24,069 nt of DNA, taken from Selaginella moellendorffii (lineage: Eukaryota; Plantae; Lycopodiophyta). The stretch lies in NCBI RefSeq assembly GCF_000143415.4, contig NW_003314440.1:1-24069 (forward strand). The letters run 5' to 3'. How positions within the stretch are numbered: the first letter of the stretch is position 1; each line of letters begins with the position of its first letter. A program made the translations under genes and the position numbers. Under the pieces are notes generated by a model that was not told the origin of the DNA, ran no database searches, and saw only the letters and a list, made by a program, of their open reading frames with translations. Shown piece by piece: positions 11,335-22,300 of the stretch.

Positions 11335-12441
11335 ATCGCGGAAGTGTTGGCAATGTGGAAATAGTTATTGGGGACTACTTTAGTTTTCCAACAACATGAA
11401 ATGAAAGTCTTCTATGTTCCATAGATGGATGCAAAGATTAGGAATGAATAATACATTCAGCATCAACCTCGCATTCTTCGATTTTCTTAATGGGTTACCA
11501 CCTTTAAAAGGTGACACTCCATCCTAGAACATCCTTTGAATAGATTATATTTCTCAAGTGGTGGATATGGTATTCAAGGTGTTGCAATATGAGGGTATTA
11601 TGCTAGTCATTCTTCCTCATTCTTTATTTTGGGGAGGTCTTCTTGCAATGATGGCGGAGAATGATGACTTTAGATTGATTGAGTTTGCATCAAGCTGCCT
11701 ACTCTCAAACATCCCAAGTTGACACAAGCTGATGAGCATGCAAGTTTGGCATTGCTAGGATATGATAGCTCAATAGATATCATCCTGAATGTCATCGATA
11801 AGGACCATTATATAGAGTTCCCTGGCTATCGACACCACCAAAGGCCATGCAAATCCTCTTAGAGTTGTTTTGTTTTCCTAAGGGGATTGTGCTTGATGCT
11901 ATAGCAGGTTTTGATTCAATGGTGCTAACGGCTAAAGAGATTAGCTATGTAGTTTTTTCATTGGAGAAGGAGAGTGCATTTGAAGGTGTTCTTGGGACAT
12001 TTCATAACAGGTGACAATAAAGTATAAATTTCTCAATATAGAAATTCCATCATAGTTGTGCATATTAGGTGGTGGGTTATAATTTGCCATGTTATGCAAA
12101 AGCAATGGCACAAGCTCATATACAACAAGAGCTCACAATTAAAGAGCATAATACTATACGAACTCCTCCTTTGTAGATGTGGATGCCGAGGAAGACTAAG
12201 TTTAGCTTTTTTTTTAGTTAAATTTTTTAGTGGTAATATAGAGTTTCTTCTTTGACTTATGATATATTAGACTTATATTATTTAGTTTTTTCTTGGACTG
12301 AAAATATGTCTTAAGTTTTGAATAGAATTGTTGGTTCATCTTGAACCAATCATTTAAACATCAACTTTTGTATTTGGTGGACTATATTGACTTTCATTGA
12401 CTTTCATTGACTTGAGCTCAGCTCAAAAACTACCCAGCCCC
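11335..12441 (+). mobile_element. MULE-family element right arm (copy 1) with methyltransferase-like remnant and right TIR
   Basis: Ends ttgacttgagctcagctcaaaaactacccagcccc (12441), nearly identical to the copy 2 end at 22799, and is preceded by the same TTGACTTTCA-type subterminal repeats. Its flank (atactggcc) does not match the flank at 5360-5368. Confidence 0.8.
11338..12010 (+). pseudogene. Remnant of N6A/N4C DNA methyltransferase-like domain (paralogue of 21499-22310)
   Basis: Translates GSVGNVEIVIGDY...INLAFFDFLNGLPPLKGDTPS*NIL...GIMLVILPHSLFWGGLLA...AMQILLELFCFPKGIVLDAIAGFDSMVLTAKEISYVVFSLEKE, collinear with the copy 2 protein. Contains stops and frameshifts. Confidence 0.8.
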
Positions 12442-14274
12442 ATACTGGCCCAAACTCAAAGATTAATAGATGGACAATATTAAAGTCAAAGACAATGATA
12501 CTAATAGAATTAATTATTAGTGACTAAATTTTATATTAGAATACAAAAATATTCTAAGTAAGTTATCATCTAAAACCAATATTAGAGGACGGGAACCAGC
12601 AAGATCATTATAGTTGGAAAACATAAAATTCACTATTCAACAAAATTCAATAGCCAATGTATCATCAAGAACATCCAATGACAAAACTTAATTATTAAAG
12701 AGTTTAAATAGCATACTAAACAGCTTATATAACTCAAAGAACACAAAGTATCATTGACTGATAAGCAAAATACTCACAAATGTATTGCCTAAAGGAAATA
12801 ACATCCAATTTATTAGAATCAACTATAGCAATAATTAATATAACAAAATGAGTGTGGTAAGACTAATAAACATTTGTTCATGCCAACTATTACACTACCC
12901 AATTTAAATAGATCTTTATCAATAATACCAAGGAACCAAAGTTGCTCAAGCAAGCATTAGCAACATTCTACCAATATCTCAAAGCTAAGAGATCAATCCA
13001 GAGTAAATCACAAAGAACATGTGGTAATGCGAAAAGCCAAAATCTATCAAAGAGAACAATTAACCCTCATGAAAGAACATCAATCATCCCATCAATGAAG
13101 AAATGCATAATCATTGTCGAAGAAACAATCTACCATCAGGAAGAATGGCAAATCACTCAACACCAACAATAATCTAGCAAAATCTTTGATAAAGATAATC
13201 AACTATCCTAAATGATAGTCAATCATCACCAATGATTGCCAAATGCAAATACTAATTTCACTATCAAAGCTAATAAGCCAAAATGCCTTCTCCAACAACT
13301 CTTAACAAATGGAACAATGAGCATAAAACTCAAAAGACCAAAAGCTCAAAGAAGCTTATAGCCAAGTCTTGCCTAATAATGATCATGAGTCTCACATGAA
13401 CTAATTTCAAAACTAAAGAAGAAATCATGGTACAACCCACAATATCCTCCTCAACACATCCATAAGCTAAATTTCATAATGCAAAGCTAATGAAGAGCAT
13501 ATTTGCATCAATCCAAAAACCAAGCACAACAAAGTTATACTCAACAAGTGATTATCAAATCGATCCTCCATAAATCCATCTATAGCAAGACGTATAACTT
13601 ACTTCATAACAAATATAAGAAGAATCATCAATGATTGATATATTTTAACTCAAATCCAACAAGGAACTAACATCTTCAATATTGATCACTAATTTTTCCT
13701 CTTGTAAAGTTAGCATAGTCCATGATTGAATCACTTTTCAAGGAAAAGCTCAAAGCTTAACCCCATCTAGAACACAACTAACTCAACTTGCCATTTAGTT
13801 TATTTGAATATTAATACAGTTGCTAACTAGTAAATGCATGAATGTTAACAACATAAAGCTAAAATGAAATCATCAACACTATCTACATCAAGATTAATGA
13901 AACTCAATATCAATCCAACGGAGAGACATCTCATTTCATTCGAATCCCAACATCAATAATGTCAACGACAAGGCATCACTTTAATGCCATCAACACTAGA
14001 ACAAAGCTAGACGAAAGCAAGAGTGAATCACCACTCAAAACTCTTTAGCAACAACCATGCTAACTAACATCAAAGATACTTTATTCAGTATTCGAGATTA
14101 ATCCTTCAATAATACTCAGCTACAGATAACATATAAGCAAGGAGTGATTCACCACGTCCAAGACTCAATATAATCAAATAACATGGACTAAACGCAGACA
14201 AATGATATTGATAGAGGTAGAGTCAATACAACATGAAAAACTATGTAAGTTTAACGACACGATTCTTAGCAACA
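12442..14274. other. A/C-rich non-coding block, possibly part of a long LTR ending ...CAACA at 14274
   Basis: Strong strand skew (A/C-rich, G-poor), no credible ORF, ends in CAACA just before Gypsy gag homology begins. No second LTR, PBS or TSD is visible. Confidence 0.3.
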
Positions 14275-14284
14275 CCATCCAGTA

Positions 14285-16105
14285 AGGTGCATGCTGAAAA
14301 AAGGCAGAATAAAAGTTGGACCAAGATGCAGTCTTGTATCCTTAAAGAATACTTGCCGGATGATCTTGGTCTCAAACTTCGCGCAGAGTTGTGGCAGTTA
14401 AAGCAGCAAGGGGACCTTATGCATTACGTTAATGCATTTGCTTAGAAGTGCATTATGACTGCCAATATGAGGGATAAAGATACTCGAAGTTATTTCTTGG
14501 AGGGTTTAAATGCACTTTCTTGCAATGAGATTTTGAAGTTTAAGCCGAAGACATACCTGAAGTGTAAGGAGACAGTGTAGCAAGTTGCCTTTAGTCACTC
14601 ACTCATAGAACAATATCAATAGCTGTATGCTGGTACCTTGGACAAGAATAAGAATTCTGAGAATAAACAAGGTGATTGGAAACAGAGGGTGGAAGGAAGG
14701 TTCTGCCCTAGAGGCTCACAAGCAACGGTTAATAAAGGTGCTGGTGGTTGGAGACCACTAGCAGCTTCTTTTGGTCCTAGGCTCTTTGTTCCTCCTCCTA
14801 GCGGGTACAAGCAGCAGCAACCTACGAAACCTACTCCTAGCAGAACCAGTAGTGTGGGTCATTGCTTCCATTGTGGAAAGTCAGGACATAGGTCCTTGGA
14901 ATATCTCAACAAATATAAGACAAGGTCTTGTATTAATGTTATGAGGGAAGATAATGGTTGTGAAGCTAAAGGGGTTGACGAGTTGGTCAATGTAGACTAT
15001 GAGGAAGAGGAGGTGAGTTATTTTTGTTACTTTCCTCAAGCTTCTCTCACAATCAATGCAAACACTAATCCGTTGATGTATCTCATAGTCTTTGTCTGCG
15101 GACACTAAATCCGAGTGATGATTGACATGGGAGCTATGCACAGCGTGATATCTAAAGGCTTAGTTAAGTTGTTAGGGTTGAATGTTGAGCAAATGTCACC
15201 CATACACTTCTGATTTGCAAAAGGTGGGCAAGTAACCAAAAAATTTATGAGTGATGTTCCAATAAAAATATCCAAGTGGAAAGAAAGAGTGGACTTGGTA
15301 GTGTTGAAGATACCAGATTTTCAGATGGTGTTTAGTATGGATTTCTTCAACAAATATATTAAAGGGATTTATGGTGTTGAAAAAAATTGCATCACATTGA
15401 AGTCAAAAGAACATCCTAATGTGTCCTAGTTGCAAAAGCATTTTTCAAAGGATTGAGATGTTAAGTTCTTGACTGTGAAAGCCGCTCAAAAAGTAGCTAA
15501 GAAGGGATGTCGGACATTTTTGGTTCAAGTGATGGAAGCTGAAGGTGTCGGTAACTTAGTTTGAATCGGTGACAGGGTTGATCCTGTACCAAAGAAGATA
15601 TTAGAGTTTTTGGTGAGGAGTCAGAATATCTTTCTAAAGGATTTGCCACCAGGGTTACCTCTTAGCCATGAGGTTGATCATCGGATTGAGGTCATTCCAG
15701 ATTCTAAACCACCTACAAAAGCTCTATATCGTTTGAATATTAAGGAGATCGCTGAACTCAAGAAGCAACTCACGGACTTCTTGACAAAGGTCATATCCGA
15801 CCAAGCAAATCACTTTATAGAGTGCCAGTTTTTTTTGTTATGAAAAAAGATGGAACCATGAGGATGTGTATTGACAATTGGGCACTCAAAAAAAATCATG
15901 GTCAAAAATAGTTATCCTTTACCTCGCATTGATGACTTGTTTGACCAACTCTTAAAGGCTAAGTATTTTACGCAACTTGATTTGTAGTCTGGGTATTATC
16001 AGATATGGGTGGTAGATCAGGATGTGGAGAAGACAACCTTTAAGACTTGGTATAGATCTTATGAATTCCTTGTCATGCCGTTTGGGTTATGCAATGCTCT
16101 GGCAA
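14285..16105 (+). mobile_element. Degenerate Ty3/Gypsy LTR retrotransposon gag-pol, part 1 (gag, zinc knuckle, protease, RT N-half)
   Basis: Gag SWTKMQ..LKEYLP...LWQLKQQG; knuckle CFHCGKSGHRSLEY; protease VMIDMGAMHSVIS; pol [50 protein letters not shown]. Many stops and frameshifts. Confidence 0.92.
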
Positions 16106-16293
16106 GAGCCCGGGTAGGTTTTGAGCTCATGAGCTCATAAGTTGAGTTCATGGCTTCTCAAACATAAGAAGAATATTGGTTCGTCCTTAACCAACATCTT
16201 TTCATTTTTCAAATTTTGATTTAATCTTTATTTTCAAGTAAATTCGACCAATAAAATACAAATATAAATATAGATCCAAACACTAAAAGCAAT

Positions 16294-16470
16294 CTAAAAA
16301 CACTTCTCAAGCTCCGCAACTGTAAAGCTTGCCTGGTGGATGTGATGGTCAATCTTAGGATCTTGGTTTAGTTCCTGCATAAAAATGTAATAGATGTGCT
16401 TGCTGGCTAAATATACCTTTCCCTTGTTCTCCCTCTGTGTAAAATCTAGACAGGTATAGGATGGATTTTC
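16294..16470 (-). pseudogene. SWIM-finger 3' remnant of the MULE transposase (rest deleted)
   Basis: TCLDFTQRENKGKVYLASKHIYYIFMQELNQDPKIDHHIHQASFTVAELEKCF*, near-identical to 5563-5730. Homology to the transposase ends at about 16470. Confidence 0.85.
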
Positions 16471-17353
16471 CTGAAAAAACTGTGCACGAACCAACCTTTT
16501 TGAGCTTGACTCTCTCTCACTTGTCACAAAAGAATGAAACTCTCTTGAGGGAAGAGAGCATGGAGATGAGAGGGAGAATAAGTAATCAATGCTACAACTT
16601 TTGTGATTAACTGGCGCTTCTCACTTATAACTGCATTCATTTTAACAATATTATTCCTCGCACAATCAATTATACATATCTTAATATCTAAAGCATTGAA
16701 TGATTGTGTCCAATGATCGCCATTAAAGAGAATGAAAATCATAACCACTAATCATGACTATTGATCACATCTGTTGATTTTTAGAGTTTTATGCCTAGGG
16801 TTTTAGTAGCAAAGGGCGAGAGAAAGGTGCATTTGAGCGGGGAAGGGCGAGAGAAAGGAGCTTCAACCTAGCAATGTGCTTCAAGACGCTCCTCAAACAA
16901 GGTATGCTTCTGTGAGAAAGTTGGTTCGCGCGTGAATCAATGTCTCCTCACCTTCTTTCTTCCATTAGAAATTTTATCTTTTCTTGACTTTTGTTTTCTC
17001 CTGAGGGATAGAGATGTCGATTCTTGTGCGAACCGACATCTCTTAGCATTCTATTTCATTTTTTGTTTAGGTTTTTGCCCATCTCTACCTCATTTTTTTG
17101 ATTTTTTTCCCTTGTTGAAGGGGTGGGAAAGATTGGTTTGTGTGTGAACCGATGTCTCCCCACCTTCATTTTTTATAGACGCAAGTCTTCTTGGTTTTTT
17201 TCATGTTTCTAGTGGTGAGATCTCTATATTTTAGAAAACAGAGAGAGATAGAAATGTTGGTTCTTGTGCAAACTAACATCTTCAAGGTTTTTTCTTGATT
17301 TTAATGACTTGATAGGGCATTTCATGTGAAAATAAGAGGGTGGAAGATGTTGG

Positions 17354-17947
17354 TGTAAGCAACCAAAGGGAATGACTCGAGAGACGATCCATGGGGTTCA
17401 AATATAAAGGGAAAGGGCCCATGAACAAGAGTGCACCCCCTTTTCCAATCGGTTAAGGGTCTTGGGATATTTGGGGTTAAGCGTCCTTGGGTTTGAATAG
17501 TACTAGGTTGGGTGACCTCTCGGGAAGTCCAAACTCAGGAGCTTACATTTGGTATCGGAGCGGTCTCGGGTCCGACTTTGTTGGTTGGCTTAGGGGAATC
17601 GCACCACATGTTGATTGACATTTGGTTGGTCTAGTTTGCTCCCACTGGGTTCGACCCGAGGGGTAGGGTGTCAAGAGAGCAAGGCTCTCGGGAGAGTTGC
17701 GGCTTTCAGCTTCCGTTCACGAGGGCGTGAACTTGCAAGAAAGCGTGGTGGATTGTAAGCAACCAAAGGGAACGACTCAAGAGACGATTCATGGGGTTCA
17801 AATATAGAGGGAAAGGGCCCATGAACAAGAGTGCACCCCCTTTTCCAATCGGTTAAGGGTCTTGGGATATTTGGGGTTAAGCGTCCTTGGGTTTGAATAG
17901 TACTGGGTTGGGTGACCTCTCGGGAAGTCCAAACTCAGGAGCTTACA
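17354..17947 (+). mobile_element. Cassandra-type TRIM (non-autonomous LTR retrotransposon with 5S rRNA-derived LTR segment), complete
   Basis: 194-bp LTRs at 17354-17547 and 17754-17947 (TGTAAGC...GCTTACA, 5 transitions apart), PBS tggtatcggagc (tRNA-iMet type) at 17550-17561, purine-rich tract before LTR2, 5-bp TSD gttgg (17349-17353 / 17948-17952). Confidence 0.93.
17476..17530 (+). promoter_or_regulatory. 5S rRNA-derived Pol III internal promoter segment (box A / IE / box C) in TRIM LTR; also at 17876-17930 (+) and 18869-18923 (-)
   Basis: gttaagcgtccttgggtttgaatagtactaggttgggtgacctctcgggaagtcc closely follows plant 5S rRNA GTTAAGCGTGCTTGGGCGAGAGTAGTACTAGGATGGGTGACCTCCTGGGAAGTCC. Confidence 0.88.
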
Positions 17948-18598
17948 GTTGGTTCTTGCGCAAACTGCCCTCTCTCATATTCTTGTTGTGTTTTTCTTTT
18001 TTCTCGAGAGGTAGGGTGAGGTTGGTTACCTCTCACAGTGACTTGTGTTTTTTTCCTAAGCATTTCTTGTAGTTTACAATCTATTTTTCATATCTTTTAT
18101 TTACAAAATTTTCTTGTGAGAGCAAATATAAATCAAGCTTAACTGCCTAGAACTTTCAACAAGGGACTTGAACTTAAAATGCCACAAGTTTGCTTTATAT
18201 TACAAGTTAGATTTTATAGTACTTTTATGTTTTATTTTAGAGGAAGCGCCAAGGCCAGCCTCAATGGTCTCGGTCTCCAGGAAAAGGCAGCTGCCTTGAT
18301 CACTGTGGGCTTGGTCGATTGAGTGGAGATTCATCTCAAGTATCCAATGAAGTTTCTGCTAGTTATGCTAGAGGCAACAATGAGCATAACAATGATATGG
18401 ATGTTGAAATGGACACTCAAATTGATGTTGGTGTTATTGTTACTATTGGTACTGGTGTTCCTAAGGCTGCGGCTACTTGTGGTGTGATACTTGAATCTGA
18501 TGTTGGTGGTGGTGGGGGTGTTGTGCCTTTGGTTGCTGAGGCTGCTCGTGGTGAGGTGGATGAACCAGCTAAGGAGGTTATAGGTATTGAACTACTAG

Positions 18599-19045
18599 TG
18601 TAAGCTTCCCGGGAGTCTCTCAAGTCGTTCTCTTTGGTTGCTTACAATCCACCACGCTTCCCTGCAAGTTCACGCCCTCGTGAACGGAAGTTGAGAGCCA
18701 CAACTCTCCCGAGAGCCCTACTCTCTTGACACCCTACCCCTTGGGTCGAGCCTAGTGGGAGTAAATTGGACCAGCCAAATGTCAATTAACATGTGGTGTG
18801 ATTCCCTTAGCCAACCAACAGAGTCGGACCCGAGACCCCTTTGATACCAAATGTAAGCTCCTGAGTTTGGACTTCCCGAGAGGTCACCCAACTCAGTACT
18901 ATTCAAGCCTAAGGACGCTTAACCCCAAATATCCCAAAACCCTTAACCAATTGGAAAAGGGGGTGCACTTTTATTCATGAGCCCTTTCCCTTTATATTTA
19001 AACCCCATGGATCGTGTCTTAAATTGTTCTCTTTGATTGCTTACA
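18599..19045 (-). mobile_element. Second Cassandra-type TRIM, inverted, with internally deleted 3' LTR
   Basis: Full 194-bp LTR at 18852-19045, PBS (plus-strand gatacca next to the LTR), internal region matching 17548-17753, and a 48-bp residual LTR at 18599-18646. Flanked by ctag on both sides (4-bp TSD, or actag overlapping the terminal A). Confidence 0.9.
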
Positions 19046-19093
19046 CTAGGGGCATGGTAGTTGCTCCTACTGCTCCTTAGGCTGGTGGTGTAG

Positions 19094-19331
19094 GGAGAGC
19101 TAATGGTGGTGAGGGATTATGCATGCATGATTCTGACACCATCTTGAATGATCGGACACAATCATCCAAGCTCAAGAACGGACTGTCAATAAAATGTTAT
19201 AGGAAATGGTGTGGAGAGCTAATGGTGGTGAGGGATTATGCATGCATGATTCTGACACCATCTTGAATGATCGGACACAATCATCCAAGCTCAAGAACGG
19301 ACAGTCAATAAAGTGTTATAAGAAATGGTGT
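19094..19331 (+). repeat. 119-bp tandem duplication inside the cargo gene exon
   Basis: 19094-19212 and 19213-19331 differ at 3 positions. The length is not a multiple of 3, so it frameshifts the gene. Confidence 0.9.
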
Positions 19332-22300
19332 GGAATGGCCCTCATCGTTTTCTAGTTTCTTTGTGCTAGTTGGTTCAAAACCATTAGGTGCGCTTAGCTT
19401 ACTACCTCAACATGGCTATCTACAGCTCCTTTGCTGAGGTCGGGATTTAGGGCACAGCTAGTACCTTCATTGTTTCACCAACTTTCCCTAGAACCAATTG
19501 GACAAAGCCAGTGACTACTAAACTTGAGCAAAAATGGGATCTTATATGGCTGCAAAAGTCTTGTGAGTTTGATGGATTCTTAGGATAACATGTGGAGATA
19601 GTAGAGTTCATTAGAAAGCTCTTTTGGGTGATCGATGGAAACCATAGGTGGCTAGCATTTTGGAAGTGCATTGAAGAGAAGTTTCGAGATGACAAAGAGT
19701 GACACATTAGTGTTCCAATCACACTTGTCAAACCAATGACTTGGGAGCACACTGTGAAGCTCAACATGGCATGCCATAAGATCAACATGTAAGAATTTAT
19801 TTTTTATAAACTTAGCCAATATTGTGTTTTTGTAGGCTAAACCAATTTGCCTTTCAAGCTTATATATTGGTACATGACATTGAGCACCTTTGATTTATCA
19901 GAATGCTCTCGCTAGAGGAGGTCCAAACATTGTACAATCATGAGGTATTTGAAGCAATTCAAATGAAGCTAGCAACTAAGAAAGGCCAAGAATTGTAGAT
20001 TTGGTACCAGCTGCCACTTGATTTTCTAGTTGCTATCTAGGCAAAGGTAAATTAGTGTTGAAGTATGTATCAACTTACATAATGTTTCTTGCAGCCCATA
20101 ATCAAAGGAGAAAGAATCTCATTCTTTAAAAATGCCCAAGGGGACGAGCAGTAGAAGGAGATGGAGTGGCATGCGATTGAGCAGTGAATTTTGAATATGA
20201 AGAGAACAAAGGTGAAAAAGTTGCTCTCGATTGCAAACATACAACGTAGGTAGGAATGGTTTGATAGCATTGCCAAGATTTGTTCTTGTGTTCATAAGTT
20301 CTTCTAAAATTTGTGAAATATTTCATAACTTTTTATGTGTGTAGGAACTGGTAAAGCACTAGAGGAACTCATTTACAACATCTCCAAGAGTAAAATGTCC
20401 TTTGCTGAACAAAGCGTCTGCTTGGAACTTCTCAACACTTGGCTACGAATAATGAAAAACACTACAAGATAAAGATGGAGAAGGTGATGAAGGAGAAGGC
20501 ATACATTTCTTAGAGTATTGCCGCTGGTCAGGAGATGCTACAAGTCTGGGATGAGAAGTTTCTTTCCAGCACCCGCACAGGTATCACTTTCGAAGAATAT
20601 ATTTGTGCTTGTCTTACGGAGCTAAGGAATGGTTGGCTTCCACGTGGTGGGATGAGTTTGGCTGAGTTCAAGAACCAACCAGGACAACCATTTCTTGCGC
20701 AGCACATGGTTTACAAGTATTTTCTCAATTCTCATTTATATATTGGTATTTATATTTTTGTTTTACTTTATAGATATTTAAAATATTGCCCTGGCGCACT
20801 GATATACACAGCCGATGTTTTGCAGAACCTCCTAACTAGAGGCAAGAAGCTTAGGATGTATGAGCTAGAGTTCTATTGTCCTTGCACACATGAGAGGGAG
20901 CTATGTCTGTGGTACCTTGAACTCATGGAGCAGATGCCGACATCGAACTTCAAGCTGGATCTCTACCTTGAATGTCATCCAGGTTCACTTGAAACTCAGC
21001 ACTTAGCTAGGAAATATTAACCTTGAGTTATATTCTTATTTTCTAGAGGCTCTTTCTGATTGTGATAACGATGTTATTGAAGTTCAACAACTAAACCCAG
21101 GAGTCCACACTCAGGAAACCATTCAAGAGATGCCAAATCCAAATACCATTGAACCAAAGGAAACTATACAGGAGATTCCAACACAAGAGATTCCAATACC
21201 TGCTCCTCACAACCCCTGAAGAGGCCGTCGTGAAGCCTTTCATGAAAGTAAGGACTTTGATTTGAAACATTCTTTTATTCATTTTTGACTTCACTTTTTT
21301 TTTTTATAGATGTTGCAGAGAGCAGCCATCAGTCTTTTCGACGAACTAAGACATTCTTCCCATCCCTCCCTACGCTACAGACGACAACTTGGAAGAGCTC
21401 TCCTCTGCAGCTATGCATAAACAGGTTAGTAAGCATGAATTTTATCTCCAACTTATAGTTCTAATAATTAATTTTCAGGTTCACCCTCTATCCCCAACGG
21501 CTAGTGTTGGGGAAGTTGCTATTCTCATTGGGATTACATGCAGCTTTTAGATGCTACTAGTCGGGAGCTCTACATGCTTGATCATTGGATCCATAGTCTG
21601 GGTCAGCTCACACCTTATAGGAAGATTGATTTCATCTTTTTTGATCTTCCTGATGGGATGCCACCACTGCAGAGGGATACTCCATTATGGAATGTGTTGC
21701 AAGCTCAACACATTTCCCAAGCCTTAAAGGTTGGCAGCAACTTCATGACATACTCGGGTGTGGTTGTCATGATCCTTCCCCGCTCTCTAATGTGGGAAGG
21801 CCTTCTCGCACACTTGGCTGACAACAATGATGAATTTGTCAAGTTTTCATCTGGCTGCCTTCTTTTGAGTATGGCGATGGGCACAAAAGGCACTGGGCAG
21901 AAGTGAAAGGTGTGTGACTTTTTTATTTACAAATTAACTCTATTCTATTTTTTTTCCAGGTTTATTCCTGGAACTACCATGCTCTATGCCACATTGGGAA
22001 CCAGCATAATGCCACACGAGCTGACGAGTGTGCTACTCTTGCTTCACCAGGATATGACAACTCTACAGGCATCATCCCAAATGTGATTAACTCAGACATT
22101 CTTCACTCAATGTTCCCTAGTTATCGACATCATTCGGTCATGGCCATGCAGATCTTATTGGAGTTATTCTGTCCACCAAAGGGGATTGTGCTTGATGCTA
22201 TAGCAGGATTTTGGTCAATGGTGCAGGCAGCAAAAGAGACAAGCAGAGCTGTTTTTGCACTTGAGAGGGAGGATGCCTTTGAGGATATTCTTAGGAGATT

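Larger units (their letters stand above)
16920..17969. repeat. Array of imperfect palindromes RTTGGTTY-N6-RAACYRAY in the MULE intergenic region
   Basis: Copies at 16920, 17016, 17132, 17256 and 17349 (the last split by a TRIM, resuming at 17953), spaced 93-124 bp. A half-site lies at 16488. Confidence 0.65.

Noticed and set aside
9480-11335. Possible gene fragment (~10670-10940) and short direct repeat cctagttatgccttaaat (~10359, ~10413)
   Set aside because: No recognisable protein motif or element boundary; cannot support a call.
17476-17530. 5S rRNA gene
   Set aside because: Only ~55 nt of the internal promoter region, embedded in LTRs; the 5' part and terminator of a real 5S gene are absent.
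16920-17969. CRISPR-like array (palindromic repeats with unique spacers)
   Set aside because: Repeats are degenerate, spacers are ~70-100 bp and uneven, there are no cas genes, and the context is a eukaryotic transposon.
17887-18980. Short ORFs overlapping the TRIMs
   Set aside because: TRIMs are non-coding; these frames are incidental and lack known motifs.
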